DNA of 64,000 nucleotides. It comes from Heteronotia binoei. Lineage: Eukaryota. The notes under the pieces were generated by a model. It ran no database searches. It was not told the origin of the DNA and worked only from the letters and a program-made list of their open reading frames with translations. Location of the stretch: contig NC_083233.1 in NCBI RefSeq assembly GCF_032191835.1, positions 26,784,001 to 26,848,000 on the forward strand, read 5' to 3'. The position numbers and the translations under genes are program-made. Every line of letters begins with the position of its first letter. Position 1 is the first letter of the stretch. This document shows, in pieces, positions 12,845 through 24,783 of this stretch.

Positions 12845-13924
12845 CTGTCAAAATGAGCATATTACAAATCTTTTTGAGCTGCAGGCCCAGACAACTTGTG
12901 ACCCATCAAGCTAAATGCAGCCTACCAACCATGTAAAACTGCAGGCCTTGTGCTTGGGAAACCCATTCATCTGTTTTTTAATAGTCCCAGAAGAGTAGAA
13001 AATTTATCATGCCCCCCCCCTCCCAGTGGAGAAGAAGAGTTGGTATTGTACCCTGCTCTTCATCACCCAAAGGAGTCTTGGAGTGACTTTCAACCATCTT
13101 CCCTTCCTCTCCCCAAAGTGTTTTCCTGATGAGTTTTTGCCCATTTGTAAACTGGTCTAAAGTAGCTTCTAATAGAACATGGGAACACTTTCATAGATGG
13201 ACTTGAAAAGATATATTTGTGTGATATTGGGAAAAGAGTATTAAAGACTGAAATGCATTTATTAGCACCACCTATTATGACAAACTTTAAGATTTATGAA
13301 GCATTTTCAGGGCCCAACTAGTTGCAGGGTTGATAGATATCACTTTTTCTTTTTCTTTTTTGGTAACAGCTGCATATCAGTTTAGATCAGGGCTACAGTA
13401 TGTTTGCTCTATGCAGAAAAAACAGGCAGCTCCCTATTATGGTAGCCTGGAAGTTTCTACCATATGCAAATTGCTCAAAGGAGAAGGTAGCATAGCTTTC
13501 CTGGAAACACAGCATGAGGGAGAGAGTTGACCTTTGCCAGTATACGCCTGGAAAACAGTTTCACTTGTCAGACCAGGGGTTACTTAAAGAATAAACATAC
13601 AGGCAGACTAAGTCAGCATCTGCCTATTCCAAGCTTTTTCAGCTCAGGCCCTGGAGGGTAGAAAAGCCTTCATGTGTAGGTCAGGAAGAACCCCATATTA
13701 TTAGCTGTTCAATAACAGCAAAAGGCCACATCATTTTTTGATAGGCCATCCAGTAGACGGAGGTTTTCCACACATCTGAAGTTGTTAATCTGTTATAAGT
13801 AAATTTTAATGTTTGGATATTTGGTGTATTTTTTAAAAAATGTAACCCACCATGAACCTTTTGTGGGAGAAGGTTTATATAAATAAACAGAATTAACAAC
13901 CCCCTTTTAAAATGTTATGCCCCA

Positions 13925-14165
13925 GAATTGCCAGGTCTTACCTGGCTCTTGATGGTGGATGTCCCTCAGGCAATCCTCTATGGTGCCATAGAGTCTTTAC
14001 CAAATCTAGAGCATCCCCACACAATGATGTTACTTCTGGGTGATGTCATCACACTGGGTACGTCAGGCACCAATGGACCTCTTCAGGGGTGGGAATCCTC
14101 CCACCAGCCAGCTCTATGCCAGCAGGTTGGAGCCCTCCAAACTGGGGGAAAACCGACCCCCAGAT
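13925..14165. mobile_element. AGGGTTGCCA-family non-autonomous element (degenerate)
   Basis: The ttgccagg start and the gatgtcatcac...aaactggggga...ccc...gggagccct blocks are shared with 62690-62935. Confidence 0.5.
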
Positions 14166-14186
14166 GGAGGCTGGGAGCCCTATTAT

Positions 14187-14378
14187 GCTCTGACCTGCAT
14201 AGCCCAGGCTAGCCCAATCTCATCAGAATCTGGAAGCTAAACAGGGTTGCCTCTGGCTAGTATTTGGATGGGAGACCTCTAAAGAAGTTCACATTACTAA
14301 GCAGAGGCATGTAATGGCAAATTACCTATGAATGTCTCTTGCCTAGAAAACCCTAAAGGTTTGCTGCCATAAGTCATC
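14187..14378 (+). mobile_element. 5S rRNA-derived SINE (5S-Sauria-like)
   Basis: The head matches vertebrate 5S rRNA (gcccaatctcatcagaatctggaagctaaacagggt...gctagtatttggatgggagacc). It is followed by a non-5S body ending in an RTE/BovB-like gccataagtc tail. Confidence 0.75.
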
Positions 14379-15414
14379 TGTAGACTTGCACTTATTCAGT
14401 CTTCTCTATGTTTACATTTAAAAGGGGTGATTCACAGATCCAGGCGCTTTATATGCATGAGAACTTTAAAGCAGAATATGATTTCAGTAATCATTCTAAC
14501 AGGAAAGAGATGATGGCTTACCTAAATTCACCTCTTCTGTTCATGGTAAAAGCGAGGTTTGAGCTGTGGAGTTAACTACATTAGGTCAATTGCTTATATT
14601 CCATAGTGTTTCTGGGTCCACAGATAAAGACTACATGAATCTAGAATGGATTTAATAGTAAGAACACCTAACCCATATCTTTAGAGCAGTTTTTAAAACC
14701 TTTCCAGAAGCCAGGGCATATGACGAGATCTCTTCAAATGACAGTTGATCAACAGACTACAGAGAAAATGGCAGCTTCAGAGGGTGAATGTTATGGCACT
14801 TGGTATCCCCAAATCTCCAGGAATCTCCCAATCTGCAGTTGGCAACTCTATAAGACAAGTCCACAAACTAGCAGTTCCTTCACACTGCTAAATACAAGGG
14901 GACGTCTCTAAATTTCTGTTACTGCAGACACTATCATAGATGTGACTCATGGCCCCTCAGGCATTTTGGTTTTAATCAATCTGTGCTAACTTTTAATCCT
15001 ATTGCCACTGACTGAGGCAATCATGTGCATACTAACTGGCTGGTACAGAAATCAGAGTGGATGGATTTTGCAATCAACCATAGCAGCTCAGAAAGCTGTG
15101 GTTGCAATCAAGTGCAAAATCCAATCTGTGTAGGCCTTTTGCCATTCACAAGGGCCATGGCAGCAGGCCATGATAATATAGCTAAGGCCAAGTAACATTT
15201 TACAATAAACACAGAGTGATTCCTGAAAATAATAGTCATGTGTCTCTAGCCCACGGTCCCCTTCCACCCACCATAACATCTTGTTTACACTGCTTCTATC
15301 CTAACATTGTATTCTATATTCCCCACTACCATTGTGTCAGGCATAAGGATGAATACATACAGGATGCTGTGACCTTTGGAGATGGATGGCTTATTGTATG
15401 AGGTTGTGCAAGAG

Positions 15415-15610
15415 GTAAGGCTTCAGTGGTAGGGTATCTGCTTTGCACACACAAGGCCCTATGGTTCAATGCTCAGTGTCTCTCCTTAAATGGATCAGGT
15501 GACAGGTTTTGTGAAACGTCTCTGCTTGAGATATTAGAGAGCTGCTACCAGTCAGAGTAGACAATACAGACCTTGATAAACCAAGGGTCTCACTCAGTAC
15601 AAAGCAGCTT
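15415..15610 (+). mobile_element. Old Squam3/MIR-type tRNA SINE
   Basis: Degenerate tRNA head, ttgaga...gagctgctaccagtc core and aggcagcttc-like tail. Confidence 0.65.
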
Positions 15611-16710
15611 CCCCTCTACATTTGTAGCCAAGGAAAGAGACATAGACATGAATCTGCTGCTTTCAGAGACAGCCATGGATTTACTTTGATCCCTAGAACT
15701 GCCCGTCTGTTGCATTCTTATCTTGCCTTTTCCACTGCAAGCTCAGGCATTTAATGGCTCCCCACCTTCATTTTTATCCTCCCGGATCATTTTGACAGAG
15801 CAAGTGCTTAAGATAACCCAACGAGTTTTATGGATGAAGAGGGATTTGAACCCGGGTCTCCCCAAACCTATTCTGACATTCTAACCATTGACATTAAAAA
15901 CTGCGACTGCCTCAGATCCTCCTATTCAGTATGGTTAGACAAGATCTGGAAGGGCCTAATGCAGTGCTGGAGCACATTCCTTTCATATGCCCTGGTAAGG
16001 GATATTAATGGATCTGAAACAGGGCTAGCGAAGACCATTTCCTTTAGGCTAGACTTTCATGTGATGGTGCCTTCAGTACTATGAAAAATAAGTGGCTTCA
16101 CTTATCTTTAGTTTCCTGTTATCCCACTTGACAGGAGACAGAGGGCTGCTTCTCAGGTTGCTTCATGGCTTCATATGCAGCAGCAGAATAAAATCCGAGT
16201 CTGAACCATCACCACTATAGTTAGATAGGCTTCGGGAAAGCAATTTTTTTTTAAAAAAAATTACTCTTCCAAGATTAATTTCCTTCATGCAGATTTGTAA
16301 GTGGGCGAGAAAGTGACAAGACAGCACAGTCTGTTATTTCTATTCTGTCAATGAAAAATTGCTTTCACTCTCTGCCTGTGTGGCTTCTTGCTGTGTCTGA
16401 ATTTTTAAGAATGAAGAGCCACAGAGTTTTGCCTAAAGGAACCATATTTTCTCGGGGATGGCATGCAAGGAAACCCTTAAGTGTTCCAATAAGGAAGTGA
16501 TGATTAAAACATTAAAGATTCTAAAAGTGGAGGCTCATCAATCCTGATATAGAATGCTGAGAGCTGTGGGAAAGGTAAGGGAGTACAAAAATGCGAGATA
16601 TATGGAGAATTTTACCACTGCCTTAAATCAGTAACCTACAATCTCTAGGACGTGAAAAACGATCCATTTCTACCAATTTAGCCCCCCAATATCTAGTAAA
16701 TTACCAGTAC

Positions 16711-16971
16711 CAGAGCTACTTTTTGTAGAAAAAGCCCAGCAGAAACTCATTTGCATATTAGACCACACCCCCTGGCATCACCATTGGTTTACAGGGCTTT
16801 TTGTTGAAGAAGCCCAGCAGGAACTCATTTGCATATTAGGCCACACCCCCTGACATCACTATTGTTTTACAAGAGGCTTTTTGTAGAGAAAACCAGCAGG
16901 AACTCATTTGCATAGTAGGCCAAGCCAGCCAGAACTGCAGTCCTGTACATTCCCACTCAAAAAAAGCCCTG
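16711..16971. mobile_element. hAT-type MITE with three internal ~78-bp repeats, each carrying ATTTGCAT
   Basis: Termini cagagct...agccctg. Degenerate 8-bp flanks accagtac/aacagtag. Octamers at 16749, 16827 and 16906. Confidence 0.75.
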
Positions 16972-17214
16972 AACAGTAGTACCAACCTAAATCAATTGGC
17001 ATAGAAGGGTGTAGCTCTCTTTAGGATGACACTGCAGGAAACTCTTAAGAGCCTCCCCCCCCCCCCAATACATATGCAAAGAAGGAATCAGGTCATTTTT
17101 GCATGGCAGGTTCACATTTGGGCTGTTTCTATTATGTCACATTGACAGCAGAATTATCTCCCAGTAGTCACTTGGTTCTGAAATGTCTGCATTGGGATCA
17201 GACATTTTGCTGGA

Positions 17215-17405
17215 AGGAGCAGTGATATAATGGAACCAGCATGCAGAAGGTCCCGAGTTCAATCCCAGGCATCTCTACTTCAAAGAACCAGGTAGGGAGG
17301 GGTTATGAAAGACTTCTATTGGAGACTCTGGAGAGTTGCTGCCAGTCTCAGTACACAATGCAGGACCAATTGTGTGACTGAGTGTAAGGCAGATTCATGG
17401 GTTCA
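17215..17405 (+). mobile_element. Old Squam3/MIR-type tRNA SINE
   Basis: B box gagttcaatccc, gagactctggagagttgctgccagtc core and gtaaggcagattcat tail. Confidence 0.7.
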
Positions 17406-17719
17406 CAAGTTGAGCTGTTGGAGAGTTTAAATTTCAGCTACTTATTATACAGTGTTTTCCAAGTGACCTCCTGCCCATTCTCATGTTTTTAAGTGCTCGA
17501 TTTTATTTTAGCCAAGGTGCGGTCACACTCACCATTAAATCCATCTGCAACGCACCTCTATTATAATCCACACAACCAATTTCCCAATCAGACAACAGCC
17601 AGGCTACCATTCTATCCCATATGGGTCCCATCGCTGGTCGATCAGAGTGCTTAACCGGACCTCATTTTTTGAGATGGCATTCCACGCTCATGCAAGCACA
17701 GTACCATGGGATGTCGTGC

Positions 17720-18025
17720 TTGGCTTTTTTTTTTTAAAGGTGCCAGAAAAGGCGGGCGATCTGCCCCCCCCCCCCATTTAAACACTCGAAAAGGAAAGGG
17801 AAGCCCAGGAGTTCTCTTTGTTGTCTCTCCACCTGGCGGGGAGATCGCAAAGGTGCGGGATCCCCCCCCCCATTTAAACACCCCACCGTGGTGTTTAAAT
17901 AGGCGGGGGCACACGGCAAGTCTCTTTGCTGTCTCTCCACCTGGCGGGGAGATGGCAAAGGTGGGTCATCCTCCTCCCCTGGCAGGGAGACAGCAAATGT
18001 GGGTGATCTTCCCCTTCCCCATTTA
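17720..18025. repeat. Unclassified GC-rich repeat with ~125-bp tandem units (poly-C, catttaaacac, tctctccacctggcggggagat)
   Basis: The block tctctttg(t/c)tgtctctccacctggcggggagat(c/g)gcaaaggtg occurs twice (~17815 and ~17920), and cccccccccatttaaacac occurs twice. Confidence 0.6.
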
Positions 18026-18027
18026 GG

Positions 18028-18210
18028 AAAGGTCCCCTGTGCAAGCACCAGTCATTTTCGACTCTGGGGTGACGCTGCTTTCACAAAGTTTTCCTGGCAG
18101 ATCTTTTACGGGGTGGTTTGCCATTGCCTTCCCCAGTCATTACACTTCCCCCCCCCCCCAGCAAGCTGGGTACTCATTTTACCGTCCTTGGAAGGATGGA
18201 AGGCTGAGTT
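18028..18210 (-). mobile_element. Sauria SINE, 5'-truncated
   Basis: aaaggtcccctgtgcaagcaccagtc...cagcaagctgggtactcattttaccg...ggaaggctgagt matches the full copies at 62146 and 63546. Confidence 0.85.
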
Positions 18211-19645
18211 AACAATTGCTGGTGCAATGATATCATTTGGAGTGGGCTCTCGCAGGGAAGCGGATGTGCGCTTGGGACAAGTCGGCTACAATGGAGCGTT
18301 CAAACATAGAAAGTATGCGTGGGAGTCATCAGAAGCATTCTTATTCCGGATTTAATGGACTATCAAAAAAGTCCGCATCTCAGTCGTGGCAGTTCGGGAC
18401 ACGAACGAGCCAACGACCATTGCCAGATGCTGGACAACCGCATAAAATCTGACATGCATCTGGCTTTCATCCATGCCCATCTCGTCACTTTATGTGCGTC
18501 TGACCTCGGCTCCATTAATGATAATGTGCCGGCATGGTTGATGGCTATAAGGTGGGGGGTTTTTTAGTAAAAAAAAAAAATTAACAGTGCAATTCTCAAC
18601 AAAAGTGTGCCCTCCTTTGTCCACTGAAGTCAATGTGCTTTGAAAGGTCTAACTCTGCATAGGACTGCTTTGTGGGCCTTTCAGGTGTCATCGTATTGTT
18701 AATATATTCCCATATTATTGTATGCCAAAGCATTTTAATACAAATCATTTTGGGAGCTCGGTATGTTTGAGAGCTGAATACTATTGATCTAAATAAATAA
18801 ATGAGGAGAAAAAATTGTTCTGCTTTCCTATTGAAAGGGCTGTAGCCAGGATTTTACAAGTCAAGGGGCTTTTTAATAAGTCAGGGGCACCCTCTTCCAT
18901 CCACTGTGGGGCTTGCTGCTTCTCAGAAGCTTTCTGGGGTAGGGACAAAAGCTGGAGGCTCTGATTGTGGCTAAATTAAGGCAGCCAATCCTAAAACTTT
19001 GGAGTGAAGAAGTGACTGCGCCTTGCGTGCTAGCAGGGGGGTTTCCTTCCACCTCCCTCTCTCCTACCCTGGCACTTTGCAGTCAGGAGCTCCATCCATC
19101 TCCCCTTCCCTGGCCCATTCCACATGGCTTCCTCTGCCTCCCTCCTCTCCACCTGTTGCTTTTCCTGCCACAGAGCACTGTGCCCTGCTCAGTTCTCCTG
19201 GCTCTGGCTGCCAGTGATAATGTTTTCCGGCTGAGCCATGGCAAAAAGAAAATGGAAAAAGCAGACCGTGCATCAGAGACCCTCTGGAAGTCAGGAGGCC
19301 TTACCTGGAAACTAGGGGGCAGTGCCCCCCACAAACCCCCCCTGTGGCTACAGGCCTGCCTATTGACCTTACTTTGTTTTAAATTCACAACTCTACTTTT
19401 TAACAAAGTTCCCCAAATGCCTTAGGACAGCAACACCAGTGTTTTGTTTTAAAAAGGTCCCAGTTCTCATATATAAGGTTGAGGAGGCTGTGGCTCAAGT
19501 GGTAAAGCATCTGCTTTTGGCATGCAGGAGGTCCCAGGTTCAGTCCCCAGCATCTCCGTTAAGCATTAGCTTGTAGTTGACTGGAAAGTCCTCATCCTGT
19601 GACTGTTTGGAGCTGCTGCCATTTCAAGTAGATGATACTGACCTT

Positions 19646-20108
19646 CAGGAGTCATTTTGTAGAAAAATGGGTGGTGGAGCTCATTAGCATAACTCATTAC
19701 TATATGCCACCACCCCCCCACCATCCAAAAGCAGCCTGACATAAGAAAGGAGAGCCCTGGGCGAATGAAGCCTGCTTGGGCTGGCTAGAGATCCAGCCAG
19801 TGCAAGCAGGCCTCACTCACCTGGGACTCTCCTTGGCTGCCCCCCCCCCCACAGTCAAAAGGCCAGCAAGCCACCCACCACACAAAATTGCATAAGAAAT
19901 GGAGAAAGGGTGGTGTGGGCTTCTCCAGGGGTTGATGAGGACTGCTAGGGATGTGGTATAGCTCCTGGTGGCTGGCTGCTCTCCTAATCCAGGGACTGTT
20001 ATGCAGCTGCACCTGCTATTCAATGGACAAGGTAGGTGGGGAGGAGAAGGGGGGCTGTCAGAAAGTTTCAGGAGCTGTGCTCCTGTGAGCTCCTGCTGAA
20101 TTCGCCTG
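19646..20108. mobile_element. Non-autonomous hAT-like element (CAGG...CCTG termini)
   Basis: Flanked by the 8-bp TSD ctgacctt at 19638-19645 and 20109-20116. Confidence 0.75.
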
Positions 20109-20116
20109 CTGACCTT

Positions 20117-20242
20117 CAGGGACTTTTTTGTAGCAGGAACTCCTTTGCATATTAGGCCACACATCCCTGATGTAGTGAATCCTCCTGGAGCTTACAGTAG
20201 GCCCTGTACTAAGAGCTCTGTAAAAAAAAAAAAAAAGCCCTG
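20117..20242. mobile_element. Internally deleted hAT-type MITE (CAGGGCTTTTTTT family)
   Basis: Termini cagggactttttt...aaaaagccctg. TSD ctgacctt at 20109-20116 and 20243-20250. Confidence 0.85.
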
Positions 20243-20964
20243 CTGACCTTAATGGATCAATGGCTTCATTTGGTCCAAGGCAGCTTCATGTGTTCCACTC
20301 ACTTCCATCAGTTGCATCCACAGTACTTGCGAAAGCCTCACTCCTGAATGCTCATACTCAGTTCCAGCGAATACCATCACAAAAAAAGCTCTGATTTCAA
20401 CACAATATAGTGGGCTGGATAAAAAAAAGTAGCCGTGGATGCAAGGAAAATGAAAACTAACATTATTTTCTGTAAATGCTTAAACACAAATTCATGCATT
20501 GCTATACTAGCCTACAGGCGCCATCATGTCTCTGCTTGCACAGGGTTCTTAAACAAGAGAAAGATATCCTTCGGATTAAGTTTCATCTTGGGCACAGTGT
20601 ATTAGGAGCTGATTCCTTACTGCAGTGCACCTGCAGCAGGAAAGGGTACACCTGCATCCAACTCGGCATTTCCAAAATATAACAAAAGAGTTAACAAGAT
20701 AACTATAAACATTTAAAAAAAAAAATTCAGAACCATTTTAATCCTTAGATGGGTTCCCCAGCTTCAGCGCTATTCTCCCAAAGGGAGCTTGAATCATTGG
20801 CACGCAGTTATCCTTAAGAGTGTTCTGTGTTGGCTAAACTGAATTTTTGAGGTACATTTGGAGAACAGGCACAAATATGAAGTAGGCTGTGGAAACCCAA
20901 AACAGTTAACACAAGACTAACATCCCTAATGGAAGGTTTAAGAATACATTATTGAGTTAAGAAG

Positions 20965-22215
20965 ATAAGAAGAGTTCTGATGGATCAAACTGGTATGTAG
21001 TCCAACATCCTGTCTCACACAGTGACCAACCAGTTCCTCTGGAGGTCCAACAAGAGGACATACAAGGCCTTCCCCTGGTGTTGCTTCCGGACACTAGTAT
21101 TCAGAGGCTGACTGCCTTTGAACATAGAGGTTCACCATGACTTGCAGCCACTGTTAGACCTATCCTCCATGAATCTATCTAAACTCCTTCAAAGCCTGTG
21201 GCCATCACTCCATTCTCTGGCAATAAAAATCTGGATAAACCGGCCCACGGCAACACTGGATAAACCGGCCCACGGCCAACTTTGCCTCCCGGATGGAGGG
21301 AGAGGCGGAGCTTTGCGACTAATGCTGCATCTGGGTGTTGAGGAGGAGGAGGGGGCTGATGTATTTACAGTCAGCTCCGCCTCCTCCCTTCAGTCACCTT
21401 TTGATCACGGCCCACCCGCCCGCCCTGTATGCAGCAAAGGCTGTTGCTGGTTGCCTCCTTTGGGGAGGGGCCGGGTAGGAATTTTCACCTCTTTCAAATT
21501 GGCAGTGGAAGGGGTGTTTTTCACCTACCTTATGTTGTGGCAGTGGTTGGGTAATTTGGCTTGGTGATGCTGGAAAACAGATTGCCACTTTATTTTGCAG
21601 AAGTTAGTGGGTAGGAGGATGCGGTTTTGGTGAAGCCCCAGTAAACACCTCCCACTTTTGGGGTTTAGGAGTCAGTGAGTACAGCCTGTGGTTGTATGGC
21701 CCTGGGTGGGGAAAACTGGCTGCTTTGAGGGATCGATTGGGTTAAACCCTCCTTGAGCTGTACGGCGAGGGGAAGGCAGTCTTGTGCGATCCTGGTTGCA
21801 TGCCTGCCAGGTCCGAGCTATGATTCTTGGCTCTAACCTGGGGCTTCGGGAGCCATGCCCATTATCCGGGCATGGGGGGGTGCTGTTTTGACCCCTGGCC
21901 TTGCCCATGCCGCAAGTTATTCCCCTTGCCGTTTAAGTAGTTAAAGTTAATAAAATGGCCTTTATTTATCCAACACTCATGTCTGCCTCTTTCTTCTGAC
22001 TGGGGGGCAATCATTCTCTGTGTAAAGCAGTATTTTCTTTTGTCTGTCCTGAATCTACTGCCCATGAGCTTCATTGGATGCCTCCAAGTTCTACTATTTT
22101 TGGAGGGGGAGGAAAAGTTCTCTTTGTCAACTCTCTCCACTCCATGCATACTTTTATAAACCTCTATCATATCCCCCTTCGTCATCTTTTTTTTCAAAGC
22201 TGAAAAGTCTCTTCC
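20965..22215 (-). mobile_element. Old CR1 3' fragment split by an LTR-like insertion (CR1 parts ~20965-21228 and ~22012-22215)
   Basis: The minus-strand peptide MTKGDMIEVYKSMHGVERVDKE...TWRHPMKLMGSRFRTDKRKYCFTQR is the CR1 ORF2 C-terminus. The 3' UTR lies at 20965-21220. Confidence 0.8.
21229..22011 (+). mobile_element. LTR-like/terminal-repeat element without TG..CA ends (possibly DIRS/Ngaro-type)
   Basis: CpG-rich, with a 21-bp tandem duplication at the start and AATAAA at 21949. The 3' end tgtctgcctc...gggggcaat resembles the end of the 39114-39457 element. No TSD was seen. Confidence 0.5.
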
Positions 22216-24589
22216 GCTTTTTCATAGGGAGAGTGCATAGAGTTGCTACTGAATTCCATCTCAAGAAAAACAAAATTCTGACAAATCAGGCAATTTCTGG
22301 TCTGAGGGTTTCAAAGGAAGCTTAACAATTTTTGATAGGGCTACTGAAATTTCTCCAGGGATCTGTGCATCGTACATCCCTGATTAGACTGTTCAGGAAA
22401 GAGTGTTAAGTGAGTGTTAACTGTTGTTGACAACAAGGCACGATAACTCTGAAACTTTAAAAGGTTACGTCTGGTGGGTGTTTTCTGTACAGGAAAAATC
22501 AATAGTGCTGTTTAGGAGCTAATAAATGACTTTTATTAACCTAGACTGTACCGTATCAAAAGTCAGCTCCCAGTTAGAGCTCAAAGAGCATCAGGAACAA
22601 ATCTCTTCCACGGACTACCTATTGCCTATCAGAACAATTCAACCTTGGTGGGAAATTTCCTCTCTGTTTTTGTGACTTTGCTTTAAAACCTCAGTATTCA
22701 TTCCATCTTGCTGCTCAATAAACCTTAAGATGGCATCACTCTGTTGTTTTGACCACTACTAGTCAAGTTGCAGGGTGTGTGTGGAATGAGGGTAGACTGA
22801 AAGTTTCCAAACCTACTTAAATGTCTGCTCATCTGTGTCTTACCATCTCTGACATTTTTATGTTGATATACCTTCAGTGCAATCCATAAATGCAATCCTT
22901 AAATTTCAGGTGTTTAGGATTTGTCAGTTCAGTTCAGTTCATTCCCAACTTTAATGCTCAGCTTACTGTATTTATGCAAAGAGATGGGCTAAAGACATTT
23001 TCATGTTGCAGGAAATATTATCCCTTCTCTGCTGCACTGTAAATAGAGCATGGAGAGTGAATGCAGCCATAAACTGGAATCTAGAGGCGTTCACTCTGAG
23101 TAAATCAATGCAAGGAAGCAGACATTTCCCCCTGCGACTGCAAATGGGAATCAGTTTGGTGAAGCTGGAATTTAAAAAGCAGTCTTCAGTATGGTTACCA
23201 ACATGCAGGTGGAACCTGGGGATTCCCCAAAATTAGAAGTGATCTCCAGACTACAGAGATCAGCTACTGTGGAGAAAATGGCTGCTTTGGAGGGTAGACT
23301 CTATGGCATTCTACCCCATCAAGGTATCTCCCTTCCCCCAAACCCACCCTCCCAAGGCTGCACCCACAAATCTCCATCAACTTTCCAACCTGGAGTTAGC
23401 AACCATAGTTGACATACTTGCACAAATTACATAATCCATGCATGTTTAGAATGCTAAATCTGTACAGACAAAGTCTTTATAAGGACATGGGATGTCTCTC
23501 AATGTTATCAGAATAACCTGTATCCTAATATTTCTACATGATGCATAAAATCACACTTAGAGGCCACTGAAAAGATGCTCCTGAGGGACCAAAATGGTTC
23601 GATTAGTAAGGACATAGTCTAAAATGACCAAAGATGCACAGAAGATGATTTCCTAGAATGGTTTGGAGGACTGAAAACTTTCTTGACAGGCTACAGCTAT
23701 GGAGGGGAATCTTGGCCTTCTCATTGTCTCTACTGGTACAAGCTGTTTTCTTGGAATGAATCTCTAAAGGATGCTGGGGCTCTTGTTGATATAGCCCTAC
23801 TCGATTTTCATTCTGTCCCTCCATCTGGTGATATTCCATTTAGTGCCAGATGGAAAGCTGCATTCTTTAAGATAAAAAGGAAATACGTGTTTAAAAAATC
23901 CACCCCCATACTCAACAGTCATTGTTTACGCTCTCTCCTCAGTTCCTTCAGCTTTTAACTTCACGTCCTGACATTGTATTCATTCTGTATTCTCTCATTT
24001 TCCAAACCAGAACAAAATAAATCCATGGAGAAGACCATGTACAACCAAGATAACATGACAGAACAAAGTACTTCATGGGATGGGTTCAGTGATTGACTAT
24101 CCAGTTAAAAACACAAGCAAGCCTGAAGAACCCCAATGCTATGCTGAAAGATACAAGAAAGCCTTTGAAGATAACACTGAATTTCTCAGATGAAGGTGGC
24201 AGGTTTGGTGACAAATTGTAACAAGAAGGAAAAGATATTGCACCTCCTCATAAAAAGCAGAATTAAATACTCGCTGGTTTTTGTCAAGCTATCTGGCTGA
24301 CATAGAGCCAAAGAGGTGCCAGAAATATGTGTGGTTTTCTGTTTCCAAAACTGCAAACAGTCATATATGCATTATGACTAATAAGCAACCCAGAACGTCT
24401 TGAACATGCAACCTCCACGAAGGTAAAATGTGTTTTTCTGGGTCAAGTGGCCAGTTTGCTCTTTTGACATTTACCCACTCTCATGGGTCTAAGACCTGAT
24501 TTAAACATGGTCCTGGAAAGGCAAAAGCTCTTACCCCATGGGACTTTTTACTCTCACAGCATCTTATTGAAACAAGGCTGGGGTGCTAC

Positions 24590-24783
24590 CAATGTTCCCT
24601 CTAAGCTGTGGAGTCTTGTGAGCCGAAATTCTACTTAGTGAGCCACTGGCATTAAAGCCGTGAGCTACTGCATAAATTAGTTTGCTCTGGGGCAGTTTTT
24701 TCTGAGCTAAGACAAAAATGTGTGAGTCAGAGGCTAAAAATCTGTGAGCTAACTCACACTAACTCAGCTTAGAGGGAACACTG
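24590..24783. mobile_element. hAT MITE
   Basis: TIR ca(a/g)tgttccctctaagctg. 8-bp TSD ggtgctac (24582-24589) / gttgctac (24784-24791). Confidence 0.85.

Larger units (their letters stand above)
19480..20292 (+). mobile_element. Squam3/MIR-type SINE split by two tandem hAT elements
   Basis: tRNA head and core at 19480-19645. The SINE resumes at 20243 (ctgaccttaatggatc...ccaaggcagcttcatgtgttc). Confidence 0.8.

Noticed and set aside
16711-16971. Regularly spaced direct repeats resembling a CRISPR-like array
   Set aside because: Eukaryotic context. The units are ~78-bp duplications within a MITE with conserved, not unique, spacers.
23995-24420. Plus-strand A-rich segment between acceptor-like and donor-like sites
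   Set aside because: All three frames contain stops, and no homology was recognised.
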